From contig CM059431.1 of NCBI GenBank assembly GCA_030390025.1, forward strand, positions 132,992,001-133,056,000: 64,000 nt of DNA. The letters are read 5' to 3'. Within the stretch, counting starts at the first letter, position 1. Each line of letters opens with the position of its first letter. Shown piece after piece: positions 12,687-24,345 of this stretch. The position numbers and the translations under genes are program-made. Source of the stretch: Squalus acanthias (taxonomy: Eukaryota). The notes under the pieces were generated by a model. The model was not told where the DNA came from. It did no database searches and saw nothing but the letters and a program-made list of their open reading frames with translations.

Positions 12687-13980
12687 TAAGAACATAAGAA
12701 CATAAGAAATAGGAGCAGGAGTAGGCCAATCGGCCCCTCGAGCCTGCTCCGCCATTCAATAAGATCATGGCTGATCTGATCCTAACCGCCAATCTACTAT
12801 CTATCACAGAACCATCTCCTGCATCTAACAGAATTGCACACACGAAATAGGAGCAGAATCAGGCTACACGGTCCCTGGGCCCGCTCCACTACCCACAGGG
12901 CTATGACCGATCCGAACCTAGACTCATGTCCAAATTCCTGCCCGCTCCCCGTAACCCTTAATGCCCTTTACTTCTAGGAAACTGTCTATTTCTGTTTTAA
13001 ATTTATTTAATGATGTAGCTTCTACAGCTTTTTGTGGCAGCATATTCCATGGACCTACCACCCTCTGAGTGAAGTAGTTCCTCCTCATCTCAGTTTTGAA
13101 AGAGCAGCCCCTTATTCTAAGACTATGTCCCCTAGTTCTAGTCTCACCCGTCATCGGGAACATCCTCCCCGCATCCACCCGATCCAACCCCTTCACAATC
13201 TTATATGTTTCAATAAGATCGCCTCTCATTCTTCTGAACTCTAATGAGTAGAGTCCCAATCTACCCAACCTCTCCTCATATGACCACCCCCTCATCCCCG
13301 GGATTAACCGAGTGAACCTTTTTTGCACTGCCTCGAGAGCAAGGATGTCTTTCCTTAAGTAAGGACACCAAAACTGTATGCAGTATTCCAGGTGCGGTCT
13401 CACCAATACCTTGTACAACTGAAGCAATACCTCCCTATTTTTATATTCTATCCCCCTAGCAATGAAAGCCAACATTCCATTTGCCTTCTTAATCACTTGC
13501 TGCACCTGCATACTAACCTTTTGAGTTTTGTGCACCAGGACCCCCAGATCCCTTTGCACTTCAGTACTCTCCAGTTTCTTGCCATTAAGATAATAAATTG
13601 CTCTAGGATTTTTCCTGCCAAAGTGCATCACCTCACACTTTCCAGTGTTGTATTCCATCTGCCAAATCTCTGCCCACTTACTTAGCCTGTCTATGTCCCC
13701 TTGCAGGTTTTTTATGTCCTCCTCACTCACTACTTTCCCTCCCATCTTTGTATCATCTGCAAATTTTGATATGTTACACTTGGTCCCTTCCTCCAAATCG
13801 TTAATATAGATTGTAAAGAGTTGGGGACCCAGCACTGACCCCTGTGGAACACCACTAGTTACTGATTGCCAGTCTGAGAATGAACCATTTATCCCAACTC
13901 TTTGCTTTCTGTTAGATAGCCAATCCTCTATCCATGCCAGAATATTACCCCCAATCCCGTGATTTTTTACCTTAAGCAAT
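12687..13980 (-). mobile_element. 5'-truncated CR1 inserted into the Penelope element
   Basis: ORF 12924-14186 switches from Penelope peptide to CR1 RT and C-terminus ([24 protein letters not shown]) near 13980. Tail (aacataag)n at 12687. Confidence 0.95.
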
Positions 13981-14642
13981 AATGATGGGGTCATGGCCCA
14001 GGGGAAAGTGCCATAGAGTTGGTGTTCAGCCTCTGCAAGGTAGTGGTCTGTTTGCCAAACAACAATAGCACCACCCTTGTCAGCAGGTTTAATGACAATG
14101 TTAGGGTTTTGACCTGAGAGAACGGAGTGCTGCAAGTGAGTCAGTGCTGCTGAAGAGAGAGATCGGGAGCATGCATGTGGCAGCACATGGCGTTGAGCGT
14201 GGATCTCAGATTGTGGCGAATGCAGTGGTTCAAGGAGTGCTGAATATCTCGGAGATATCTGTAATCACAGGTGGATCTGAAACATGAAGGATGGAATTTC
14301 AGTTGGACTCTACGTGGAAAAAGTCGGAGCCAGACACAGTTGCTGAGGAAAGAGATGTGGCTTTGTTTTGGTAGATACCTGATCAAACATGAGAAGGGAA
14401 ACAGAAAGCAATAAAGGTGAACAAGGTAAAAGAGACAAATGGAAATCCCATCGGAGAGAAGAGCAGAACCTCTTCAAGGTGGGCATTCCAGGAAGAGAAG
14501 TGGCAGTGAATTAAACACTAATGCAACTCCAGCAGCTTTATTAACTTATTTCAAGGTTCTAATGTAACAGGGAGTGTTTGGGCAAGTGGAGAACGCCTTC
14601 ATTCTTATTTAAAGATTCTGCTCACAACACCTGCTTAAAGTC

Positions 14643-15802
14643 ATGAGGGCTGTACTGGCAGTCCCCCTCATGCTCGAGTATCTTAGGGAGAGGGAGCGGA
14701 AGCAGCGAAGAAGAGGAGAAGATGCAAGCAGAGGGAGGAGGAGGGGGGCCAGGAGGGCTCTCAACAGGAGGCCTTACCCACCTAGGGTCTTCCCAGAGCA
14801 CTTCTCTTTTATCCACTTAAGCAAGGAGCAGTGTATTAGGAGGCTCCACTTCACCAAGGAGGTGGTCACAGAACTCTGCCACCTCCTGCAACCAGACCTG
14901 CAGCCTGAGAGCAGGGTGACCACGGCTCTCCCAGTGGCAGTCAAGGTCACCGTGGCCCTCAATTTCTTCACCAGTGGATCCTTCCAGTCTGCAGCAGGAG
15001 ACATAGCTAACATCTCCCAGTTCGCCGTCCATCGCTGCATCCGGGAGGTCACGGAGGCTCTCTATACCAGGAGAAGGGATTACGTTGTCTTCTCTCTGAG
15101 CAGAGAGAAGCAGGATGAGCGCGCATGTGGCTTTGCCAGGATAACGGGCTTCCCCATGGTGCAGGGCGCCATCGACTGCACCCACGTGGCTTTGTGGGCG
15201 CTGCAAAACAATCCTGAGATCTTCCGTAACCAAAAAGGCTACCACTCACTTAATGTGCAGCTGGTGTGCAACCACGCCCAGCGCTTCCTGATAGCCAATG
15301 CCCGCTATCCTGGCAGCAGCCATAATGCCTTCATCTTGCGTCAGGCCGGTGTGCCAGTAATCTTCCAGCTACCACATGAAACTCGAGGGTGGCTGCTTGG
15401 AGACAGGGGCTATCTGCTCTGCACCTGGCTCATGACTCCCCTCCGCAACCCCAACACTCGTATCCAGCACGCATATAATGAGAGTCATGCTTCCACCAGG
15501 AACATCATCGAGCAGAACATCGGGCTGCTGAAACAACATTCTGCTGCCTTGACCACTCAGGAGGAGCCCTGCAGTACTCGGCTGAGTGGGTGTCCCATTT
15601 TGTGGTGGTCTGCTGCATGCTTCACAACTTGGCCATCATGAGGGCACAGCCCTTGCCACCAGGGATTGCGGCACCACCTCAGGAGGAGGATGAGGGAGAG
15701 GAGAAGGAGGAGGAGGTGGAGAAGGAGGAGGAGGAAGAGGAAGATGAGCAAGAGGAAGAGGAGGAAGGGAGGAAGCAGCCAGCCAATCCCCCTTCCAGAT
15801 GA
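14643..15802 (+). pseudogene. HARBI1-like Harbinger DDE transposase with one frameshift near 15538 and an acidic C-tail
   Basis: Motifs [61 protein letters not shown] and TRNIIEQ. After the frameshift: VVCCMLHN and a poly-Glu tract. Confidence 0.93.
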
Positions 15803-17258
15803 GCTGTCGGTGAACACCTCATCAGACTCCGATTCCAATGAATGAAACCCCAGATCCACATTGCTCACCACATCCCCATCATACCATCCCTGTCTCACGG
15901 AATATCACAGCGTCCTCCTGGGCACAAAGCTGAAATGAGACCCACCACAAAAGATTCCAAACAAAATTCATAAATTTATCAAAAATCAATTTACACATAT
16001 GATATGAACTAATCACCCTTGTGCAATCCCTTAGTGCCCATCGCTTGGGTGCTCTTTCCTGATCTCGTGCTCCTATGAAGTGCTCCCCCAGTGGCTGCAG
16101 CTTGGCTGGTGGAAGGCTGCTGAGTTTCCATGGGGGAGACTTCAGATGGCCTTGCAGGATGACCTGGAGCAGCTCTGGCCCGAGACAGCCCGGCTGTAGA
16201 CTGCACCACCTCGGCATGGGCGGCAGCAGTCTGGGCTGGCTGGCTGACATGCAGCGGCAAGGGCAAGGGCGGAGTGGCAGTGGTGGGAGTAGGAATGCTG
16301 TCATCCTGAGAGAGGACAGCAGGGTCTTGCTCCACTGACCCACTGCCACTCCGCCGGGGTGGCGCCTCAGCATCCCTAGTATCTGTTGGAGCACAGATTG
16401 CTGGGCTGCTGTGACACCCTGCAAGCCCCGGTCAACAGTGGTGAACCCAGCCACAATGGCAGCAGTCTGAGCTTGAGTGGCAGCAAGATGAGACTGCATG
16501 AGAGCGGTCTGCGCTTCTGCTGCAGCACTAAGATGTTGGGTCGCTTCCGCCTGTGCTGCAATGGCAGCCGCGACATTGCCCATCACACGCAACATCATGT
16601 CTGGGTTGACACAGTCTCTTCGGGAGTCTTCCATCATTTTCCAGCCTGGAAATCCTGGGCTCCAAGCTCTGCGCAAAGCACTATGCAATGTTGGAGGCGG
16701 ACTCCTCCATGCTCCTTGACATTGCCAAGAGGCTCAGCGGCAGGCTTGCCATTGCATCTAGCAATTTGGTGTGCATGCCCATCAATCTTCTTCTGAAAGC
16801 CGCCCCATCAAGGTCATCATCTGAGTCCTGTGCAGCAGAACTCTCGCGTGAACTCACCCTCCAGGGAGCTGGCCCCCGAGCTACCCTTTCCCCCTGGCCT
16901 TGGTGCAGCCGCTCATGCCCGATGCCTCACCCTGTGTAGATCCCGCTACTACACTACCCTCTAAAGTTCACACAGTGCCAGTTTCTGAGCTGGTGTCTGC
17001 AAGTGACAGATGCAGTGACGTTGTGTCTTCTTCTTCATCTCCCGCCTCGCTCTCCTTCATCGCCTCAGGGACAGGCTGGTATGGTGCTTGGTCTTGATTC
17101 GCTGAAAGTAGAAAGGCACAAGAGTCGGATTATGGTGAGAGGAGGGGGGCGGGAATCAAGATATGTATGCATACAGCATCAGCAGCTTGAAAATGAGAAG
17201 AGATTGTGGGATGTGGGGGAAGTGGGATGTGAGAAGAAGGATTAAGAATGAACGTGAT

Positions 17259-18099
17259 GGGCTGGATTTTCTCAGCCCCGAGGAAGCGGGTATGGAGGCG
17301 GGACTGCCGGTAATGTAGCAGAAAGTGGGGGCGGATGGCAAACCCGCCCCCATCCCGCCTCCGTGCCCTTTTGCCAGGAGGCGGGAAGGTGTGCTGCTTT
17401 GGGTCCCGTCTCCTGGAGGCGGGAAAGCCATTAAATCCTTTTAACTGCCTGTTAACAGGTAGTTAACAGGCAGAAAAAAGGATTAGTGCCATTTTGCCTT
17501 TTCAGGTGAAGGCTTCCCGATCTCGGAGAACCCCGTCGGGTTGGAGGAGACGTGTAGGAGGACTGCAGGGGTCAGAGGCACCTGGAAGTAAGGTGTAGAG
17601 GTGAGTGATGGGTGCAAGTGTGGAGTGGTAAGTATGTAAGGTGAGTGATAAGTGTTAAAAAATGTTCACTTACCTTGTTTTCTTCCTACAGCCTTCATCC
17701 ACCCTGGCTGACCCGACATCTTCCTTGTCGATTTCACAGACTGGCTGTTGGATCCTCCGACCCAACAGCCATCTGAAATCGACAAAGTTGAAAGGTTTGA
17801 TGAGTCCTGAACACAAGGACTCATCAAACTACAGAGAATGTCAGTGTTTGACAGCTTCACAGAGCTGTCAAATGCTGACATTTCTTCTTTCAAGAAGTCT
17901 TGACAGACAGTACATCAGACATTGACGTGCTCTGTCAGTGACTTCCTCCCTACTTGGCCTGCTGAGCCCGCAGGGCGGGCTTAATAAGGTCAATCAGGGG
18001 AAAATCCCTCTGATTCGTCAGAAGATCATGGAGGCGGGACATTGACCTGACAAGCAGCAGTCCCGCCTTCAACTCGTCTCCATTGAGAAAATCCAGCAC
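17259..18099. mobile_element. Non-autonomous Harbinger-type TIR element nested in copy 1
   Basis: TIRs gggctggattttctca and tgagaaaatccagcac (15/16 match). No clear TSD. Related to 29194-29932. Confidence 0.8.
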
Positions 18100-18163
18100 A
18101 CTGTTGTTGTTCCCAAGGGCTTCAACCTCACCAGTTGCCACGGCCTCCATGATCTGCCACCCA

Positions 18164-19743
18164 AGGGACAGAGGGACCTGGGAGTTAATGTGCATAGATC
18201 CCTGAAGGTGGTAGGACTATTGAGAGAGTGGTTAACAAAGCTTATGGGATCTTGGGCTTCATAAATAGAGGTATTGAGTACAAAAGTAGAGAAGTTATGC
18301 TGAATCTTTATAAAGCGCTGGTTAGGCCACAACTGGAGTATTGCGTCCAGTTCTGGTCACCAAACTTTAGGAAGGATGTGAAGGCCCTTGAGAGGGTGCA
18401 GAGGAGATTTACCAGAATGGTTCCGGGGATGGGGGATCTTAGCTACAAGGACAGGTTGGAGAAGCTGGATTTGTTTTCATTTGAGCAAAGGAGGTTGAGG
18501 GGTGATTTGACGGGTTTGGATAGGCTAGATGGGGAAAGGCTGTTCCCACTAGTTGATGGTACAAGGACTAGGGGACACAGGTTTAAGGTTTTGGGCAAGA
18601 GATACAGGGGGGATGTGAGGAAAAACTTTTTTATGCAGCGAGTGGTGAGGACCTGGAATTCGCTGCCGACGGAAGTGGTGGAAGCGGAGACACTCAATGT
18701 TTTCAAGGGGAGACTGGATAGGCACTTGAGGGAAATAAACTTGCAGGGCTACGGGGATAGAGCGGGGGAATGGAACTGACTGGATTGCTCTACAGAGAGC
18801 CGGCACGGACTCGATGGGCCGAATGGCCTCCTTCTGTGTCGTTATGACGCTATGGGGGAAAAATTCGGTTGCTTTGCACCTCCTGCGCACTAATGCGACG
18901 CAAACCAACTAGTGCCCGGGCGCAGCGATGTTTGCGCCACTCGCGAAATTGACCAGACATTTTGCGGCAGTGCTAAACACTACCGCCATGATCTCCTGTG
19001 CCCGCAGATCGTGACGTCAGTCGAGCGTGCAACGCCCCGGAAGTGCCCCAGACCGGATATTGAGTGGCGCCTCCTGCCTTACCGCCTGCCGCTAGCAATG
19101 ACAGGTTGAGGGGAGCATTTTGCAGTCGGGAAGGGACTGGCGGAGCGCTATTTAAAGGCGACCGGTTCCTGCCTTTTTTTGTCGGCGACATTTTTGCACC
19201 ACGTATTCTGAGAGAGAGAGAGAGAGACTTCTGGAGAGATTCAACGCTGTGTGAAGGAGTTTTGGGTACTGAGCAGCACTTTGCAGGTTCATTTTGATTT
19301 GACCTTCCTTGCATCAATTTAGAAGACTATGGGGGCTGCACACTGAGCTCTTTCCCTGGTCCTCTCCATTGTTCTTTCCAGCAGATTTGATATTCAGGTC
19401 TGTCCAGGCTGAGATTCAAGGCTGCAATGAGCAGGGTGTGGATGGAAAGCAAGATCGAGCCTCCCCTTTAAGAACTGGCCGGCGCCAGTGTGTCTATGTT
19501 CCAATGCTAACTGACATCACATGAGCTTCGCCAGCGCTCTGAGGTAGCGCCTCGCTCCTCAGTGTTAGTACCTTAAGAGAGGTGTGCAGTGCCTGATTTA
19601 GCGCTCCAATCACCTCCAGGGGCGATAGAAGCCAAGTTTGCAGTCGGAGGCAATAATTAGCGGCAGGTGCTAAACTTTGCGCCCAGCCAATAATTGCGCC
19701 CCAAACGGGGAGATACCGAATTTCTCCCCCTATGATTCTATGA
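18164..19743 (+). mobile_element. CR1 3' end inserted in exon 2 of the Myb gene, its tail split by a MITE
   Basis: ORF 18228-18779 has LVRPQLEYCVQFWSP and FFMQRVV..WNSLP. The tail gttatgacgctat resumes as tatgattctatga at 19731. Confidence 0.9.
18854..19730. mobile_element. MITE / non-autonomous TIR element with 3-bp TSD TAT
   Basis: TIRs gggggaaaaattcggt and accgaatttctccccc, with tat on both sides. CpG-rich interior with a (GA)n tract. Confidence 0.9.
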
Positions 19744-20679
19744 CAATGATCTCCAGCACTCGCTCCTCCAGTTGACTGAGGTCCTGGATGGCAGCTTGCC
19801 CCCCCGCCTGTCTGCCACTGCTGTCTCCTGTTATGTGCAACCTTGGCCTGCAAGAGAAAGGGAAGTGTGTGTGTGAGTGTGGTGCAATGTGTTTGGGTGA
19901 TGTGCCTGCCATAGTTGAATAGCTGTCAGTGTGTGCAAGGTGTGAGATGTGGGTGTGAGTGTTGCAGCAGTGGTAAGGTTATGAGAGTGAAGTGAAGCTA
20001 TGATTGTGAGGTCTGAGTGGTGATAGGTGGAGATTGTTGGTAGGTGAGTGCTGGGGGTGTGGTGCATTGAGCAGTGTGTGAGGCTTGTGGTGCTGATGGT
20101 GGGATATGGCATTTGCTGAAGCCTTCGCTCACCTTGACCTGCCGTGTGAGGTCATTAAACTTCTTGCGGCATTGGATCGCCGACCTGGGGACCACATGCT
20201 GGCCATCACATAGGCAACTATCTCCTGCCAGAGCCTTTGAGATGTATGTGGCGAGGGCTTCCTGCCAGTCTGTGGGAAGATGACAGCCTGCCTCCTCTCC
20301 ACAGGGATCACCAGTGCCTCAAGAGCCGCGTCTGAGAATCTGCGGACTCTCTCCCTGTGCTGAGGTTCAGCCATCTGCTTCCAGGTGAAGTTGGAACTGG
20401 ATTGACAATGAGGTGCTGTAGCATCAATGCACCTTCCATGTAAGTACTGACTAAAGCCTGTGCCAAACAAGACTGGGACTTAGACTGGACCCGATATTGG
20501 CGCACCTGTTGAGCAGTAAGCCAATGAGCAGCGGTTTTAGTGCTGAGATCAAAACTATAATTATGTGAATGAGGACTGAGCACAAATTTTGCATGGCACC
20601 TAGGCCAGTTTGACCTGATGCAGCTTAAGATCGTTGAGCCTCAACACTGGTTTGTGGCCATATCCAATTTTTAGCCCCA

Positions 20680-21090
20680 GGCTAACGATTCAGTTCGATG
20701 ACCTTTCATCAGAACGGGAAAAAGTTAGAGATGTAACAGGTTTTAAGCAAGTACAGAGGCAGGGAAAAGGGGAGGGAAGGAATGAACAAAAGGGAAAGTC
20801 TGTGATAGGGTGGAAGGCAGGAGTGATTAAATAACAAAAGGGATGATGGTTGAAGGGGATGATAATGGAGCCAGAAAAGAAACAAAAGGTGGGTCTCGAG
20901 GAGGTGTAAATGGGAATGGCAGAGTCACTACCAACAGCTGCAGTCCGAAAAAAAGTGCCTACTCGAAAGATGAGGTGCTGTTCCTCTAACTTCCATTGAG
21001 CTTCAGTAGAACAGTGTAAGAGGCCGAGGACACAGAGGTCAGAGTGGGAGTGTGGTGGAGAATTGAAATGACAGCCAACCGGAAGCTCTC
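20680..21090 (-). mobile_element. Penelope terminal-repeat / GIY-YIG 3' fragment with a degenerate hammerhead
   Basis: Peptide ELPVGCHFNSPPHSHSDL..KLEEQHLIFRV, similar to 11050-11520. Minus strand CUGAUGAAAGGUCAUCGAACUGAAUCGUUA. Confidence 0.88.
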
Positions 21091-21668
21091 GTTGGAAGGA
21101 TGATACCTCTGACAATGCAGTACTCCTCTATTAGATTATATAGCTTGAACCCACAACCTTTTGACTCAAACAAGTGCCACAAACTGAACCAGCTAACAGT
21201 TGCACTGTCACCCCATTTACTTTTGAAGATTCATGCCACTTTTAGAGTGTAATAGTGGCAATACAATATAATATTGTGGTATAAACCTAGACAACGTCAC
21301 CCCACTACTTTGAAAGCATTACAACAAATGTACTGCTGTCAGTTAAACTTCACATTTTCAAATCACTTCCACTGTCGTGCAAATGCTGCTGGCAAAGCAT
21401 ATTAATTAGTCACAAGCTCAAAATGCAATCTTGCAAATGAAGCCAGAAATGACTGCTGGCAATGTTAAAATAACCAGGTCAATTCCTCTGTTAAAATAAC
21501 AGAGAGCGGAATATCACACAAACACATTAAACTTTTGTCCACTAATATTGGCAGAAGCCATTTCTAACATATGAAGTTTATATATATCACGATGTAAATA
21601 ACAATTTTGTTATCTGAATTCTAGGCCTGTGCGCACGTGTGTGTGTGCATGTCAGTGTCTGTGAGAAT

Positions 21669-21758
21669 GGGGCTGAAATTGGTCAAATCAGTGTAAAAGG
21701 GGCTGCCGATTCACTATCCGCCCATTTTGCGCTACTGCCGTTGACTAATTTTAGCCCC
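21669..21758. mobile_element. 90-bp hairpin MITE with TSD AAT
   Basis: TIRs ggggctgaaattggtcaa and ttgactaattttagcccc, with aat on both flanks. Confidence 0.88.
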
Positions 21759-22174
21759 AATGACTCAGCAGAGACCATTACTGTGACAGCTAAGTTTAAA
21801 TGGAAAGAGGCATGGATGGATGGTATGTTGCACAAGGTAGTTTCAAGGCATGTGGTGAATATAAATAAAGTTTAAAATTAAATTAGACTTAGATAATGGC
21901 ACCAATAAGTAATTGAAAATGCCAATAACTTTCCAATACGCTCTGCTGGTACATTGTAAATCAATTTAAAATCAAACAGAACAATGTAGTCATTTTACAA
22001 TGGGGATGGCACAGTATGATGCAGGTCTAAATGTTCCACTCCATGGAGTTCCACATTTCAGCAATGCTGCTAAGGGAGGGAAAAGTCTGTACTGAACTGC
22101 TCCCTCGAGCCTCGTGGCAGCCAGCCATGAGTAACATTGACAGCAGGCCCCCTGCTTGACTCAGATATCCACCA

Positions 22175-22440
22175 CTGATAAGGACAAGGGAAGAAGGTGC
22201 ATGGGAACACCACCACCTCCAAGTTCCCCTCCAAGTCACACACCATCCTGACTTGGACATATATTGCCGTTGCTTCATTGTTGCTTGATCAAAATCCTGG
22301 TACTCTCTATCTAACAGCATTGTCGGAGTAGCTTCACCACACGGACTGCAGCGGTTCAAGAAGAAGGTCCATCATCATCTTGTCAAGGGCAACTAGGGAT
22401 GGACATTAAGTGCCAGCAGCACCCACATACCAAGAATTAA
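22175..22440 (+). mobile_element. 3' fragment of the second CR1 family
   Basis: Similar to 2690-2945 (aaggacaaggg..ggtgcatgggaacaccacc; cacggactgcagcggttcaagaag). Confidence 0.85.
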
Positions 22441-24345
22441 TACATTTTTAATTCACTGAGGGCTAGAAAATGGAAAAAAGCAAGGCAAATGGAATGTAGC
22501 ATGTTCTCATGAGAAATTATGTACAGTTAATTGATACAAAACTTTTTCCAATCATTTGGAACATACAATTTATAATTAAGATAGGATAGAATCTTCAAAG
22601 ATAAACTAGTAAGGATGTATTTGACAATTGATGAGGTGTGTTTTATTTATTCATTTATTTCTTATTGTCATTTACCAAATCAGCATTTGTACAATATTTG
22701 GCATAGTCACTAATAATAAGAAAATTTGTGCCCAAAATATGCATCTAGAAAAAGTTACAAATGAATATTTTGTCAAGAGTATGAATTACTTACACATTTG
22801 CTACAATAACACATTCAGGAAGTTGATGAGTAGCTTTCAACAGGATATGAATATAGATACAGGATGGCTGTCATTGGCTGAGAACCATTGTAAAACCTCA
22901 GTAAATTCAGAAAGTTTTGTACATACATGGAAGCTACAACATGGAAACAAGCCATTCAGCCCAACCAGTCGATGTCGCCATTTACCCTCCACACTAGCAA
23001 ATAGTTCGAATCGCATTTACCCACCCTGTATCCATATCCCTTCAATATCATTTTCCTTCATCCACCTCTCCAATCTAATCTTGATTGTTGACATAGTTCC
23101 TGCATCAACCACTAACCCTGAAAGTGAATTCCACAGCCTCACAACTAATCTGTGTGATGAAGTTTCTCCTGCTCTATGTTCTAAATCTTACATTTACGGG
23201 GAAAAATTGGCTCATGTCCCCTTTGGGGGCGATAACTTTGCCGGGGCGCAAGTTAGCGCCCCCGCGCCCGAAATTCAGTGGTAGCGCCCCAACCAGTTCT
23301 GCGCAAGAGCTACTGCTGTGATATCAAGAGGATCACAGAAAATGCAAAATATTAATTGAAAATAGCATTAAAATTAAACAGAAATACATGCCCTTAATTA
23401 ATTGACATTCTTTAAAAATGGGCATTAAAATAATGATGGATTATTGGTCCTAATCAATTATTTTCCACAGGTTAGAAAACTTGAAATAGGTGCTAACACC
23501 ATTTTTCCAGTTTTACACTTCCTTTAATGCCATCCTCAGTTGCCACGAGCCACAGAAAGTATATCCAATTCTTTTTTTCACTGCTTTACAAGTGACAAGG
23601 TGAAGCTACAGCTGATGATCTCAGTGTCAGATCACAGCAGCTGGGGGAAACAGACTTAGAGTGGAGCTCACTCTGATAAAAGGACTGTCATTTAAAAGAT
23701 TTCAGTGTTTAACTTTAACATTGTGCTGATCATAATACAGCCCAGGACGGATATGAAGAAAAAACACAAATTCTTGAAACCTGCAATAAAAACTGAAAGT
23801 ACAAGAAAAGCACATCAGTCAGCACCTGTAAAAGAAAAAGGTAAGTTAATGATTTGAGTCACTAACTTAGAAATTGGGCCACTTACTGGCACGAGTTACC
23901 GCCGTGATCCAGATGAAAAATGGTGGCCGCCACTCTAGCATTTCTCTGGCGGGGGATTTGGTGGCCACCATTTTGGTGAGGGCCTTAGCGCTGCTAATAG
24001 CAGTGCTGGCCCTGGAAATGTAAATTGAGAGAGGGCGACGTCAGTTGGTGTGCAACGGCGACTTAATGTCACTTCAGCGAACTTCGAACTTAGTGCTGAG
24101 TTCAGCGCTGGGTCCTAAGCTCGCCATGAAAACCCAGCTTTCAGCAGACTGACAGAGATACTGTCAGCACCTCTTAAAGGGACACACACATCTTTCAAGT
24201 AAGTTTGCATTTAAGCTTTTGGACTGGATTTTTTTTATTTTATTGAAGTAGTGGCTTGGTGCAATACATGTTAAATGTTTTTTAAGTGTGCAGGGTGTGC
24301 TGCTGAACACTTGCAAGGCCTCGGATGGTAAAGGAAGGCCTCTGA

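Larger units (their letters stand above)
10990..14520 (-). mobile_element. Penelope-like retroelement (RT plus GIY-YIG endonuclease), frameshifted and interrupted by a CR1
   Basis: Peptides IVIKPADKGGAIVVW, ARFYLLPKIHK..PGRPIVS, THMGPSYACLFMGY, CKRKRCNTC, LVYCIQC..GLLYTGENKCRLGDRFAEH and LEEQHLIFR..LQ..GLNIEF. Terminal repeat at 10990-11340. Confidence 0.92.
16009..20374 (-). pseudogene. Harbinger Myb/SANT partner gene, 3 exons (20374-20133; 19847-19744 plus 18163-18101; 17101-16009)
   Basis: Exon 1: RFSDAALEALV..W.EI..RSAIQCRKKFNDL..VK then gtgagc. Exon 2 follows cttgcag: AKVAHNRRQQWQTGGG..LEERVLEII. Exon 3 follows tttcag: Ala/Gln-rich helix, then PSTS..RSTRSGK. Confidence 0.85.
14521..20678. 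mobile_element. PIF/Harbinger transposon copy 1 (two convergent genes), left end missing, with nested insertions
   Basis: Transposase on + and spliced Myb/SANT gene on -. Right end ccaatttttagcccc at about 20664-20678 matches the TIR of the 90-bp MITE at 21669. Confidence 0.85.

Noticed and set aside
12924..14186. Novel Penelope-CR1 fusion protein (420 aa ORF)
   Set aside because: Chance in-frame junction of a 5'-truncated CR1 inserted into Penelope. The Penelope sequence resumes at 12686.
14643..15641. Domesticated host HARBI1 gene
   Set aside because: It is frameshifted, multi-copy in the window, and paired with a convergent Myb gene and a TIR, so it is a transposon copy.
22628..23284. 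218-aa ORF as a host gene
   Set aside because: Runs through AT-rich DNA, an antisense CR1 tail and a MITE end, with no recognisable domain.
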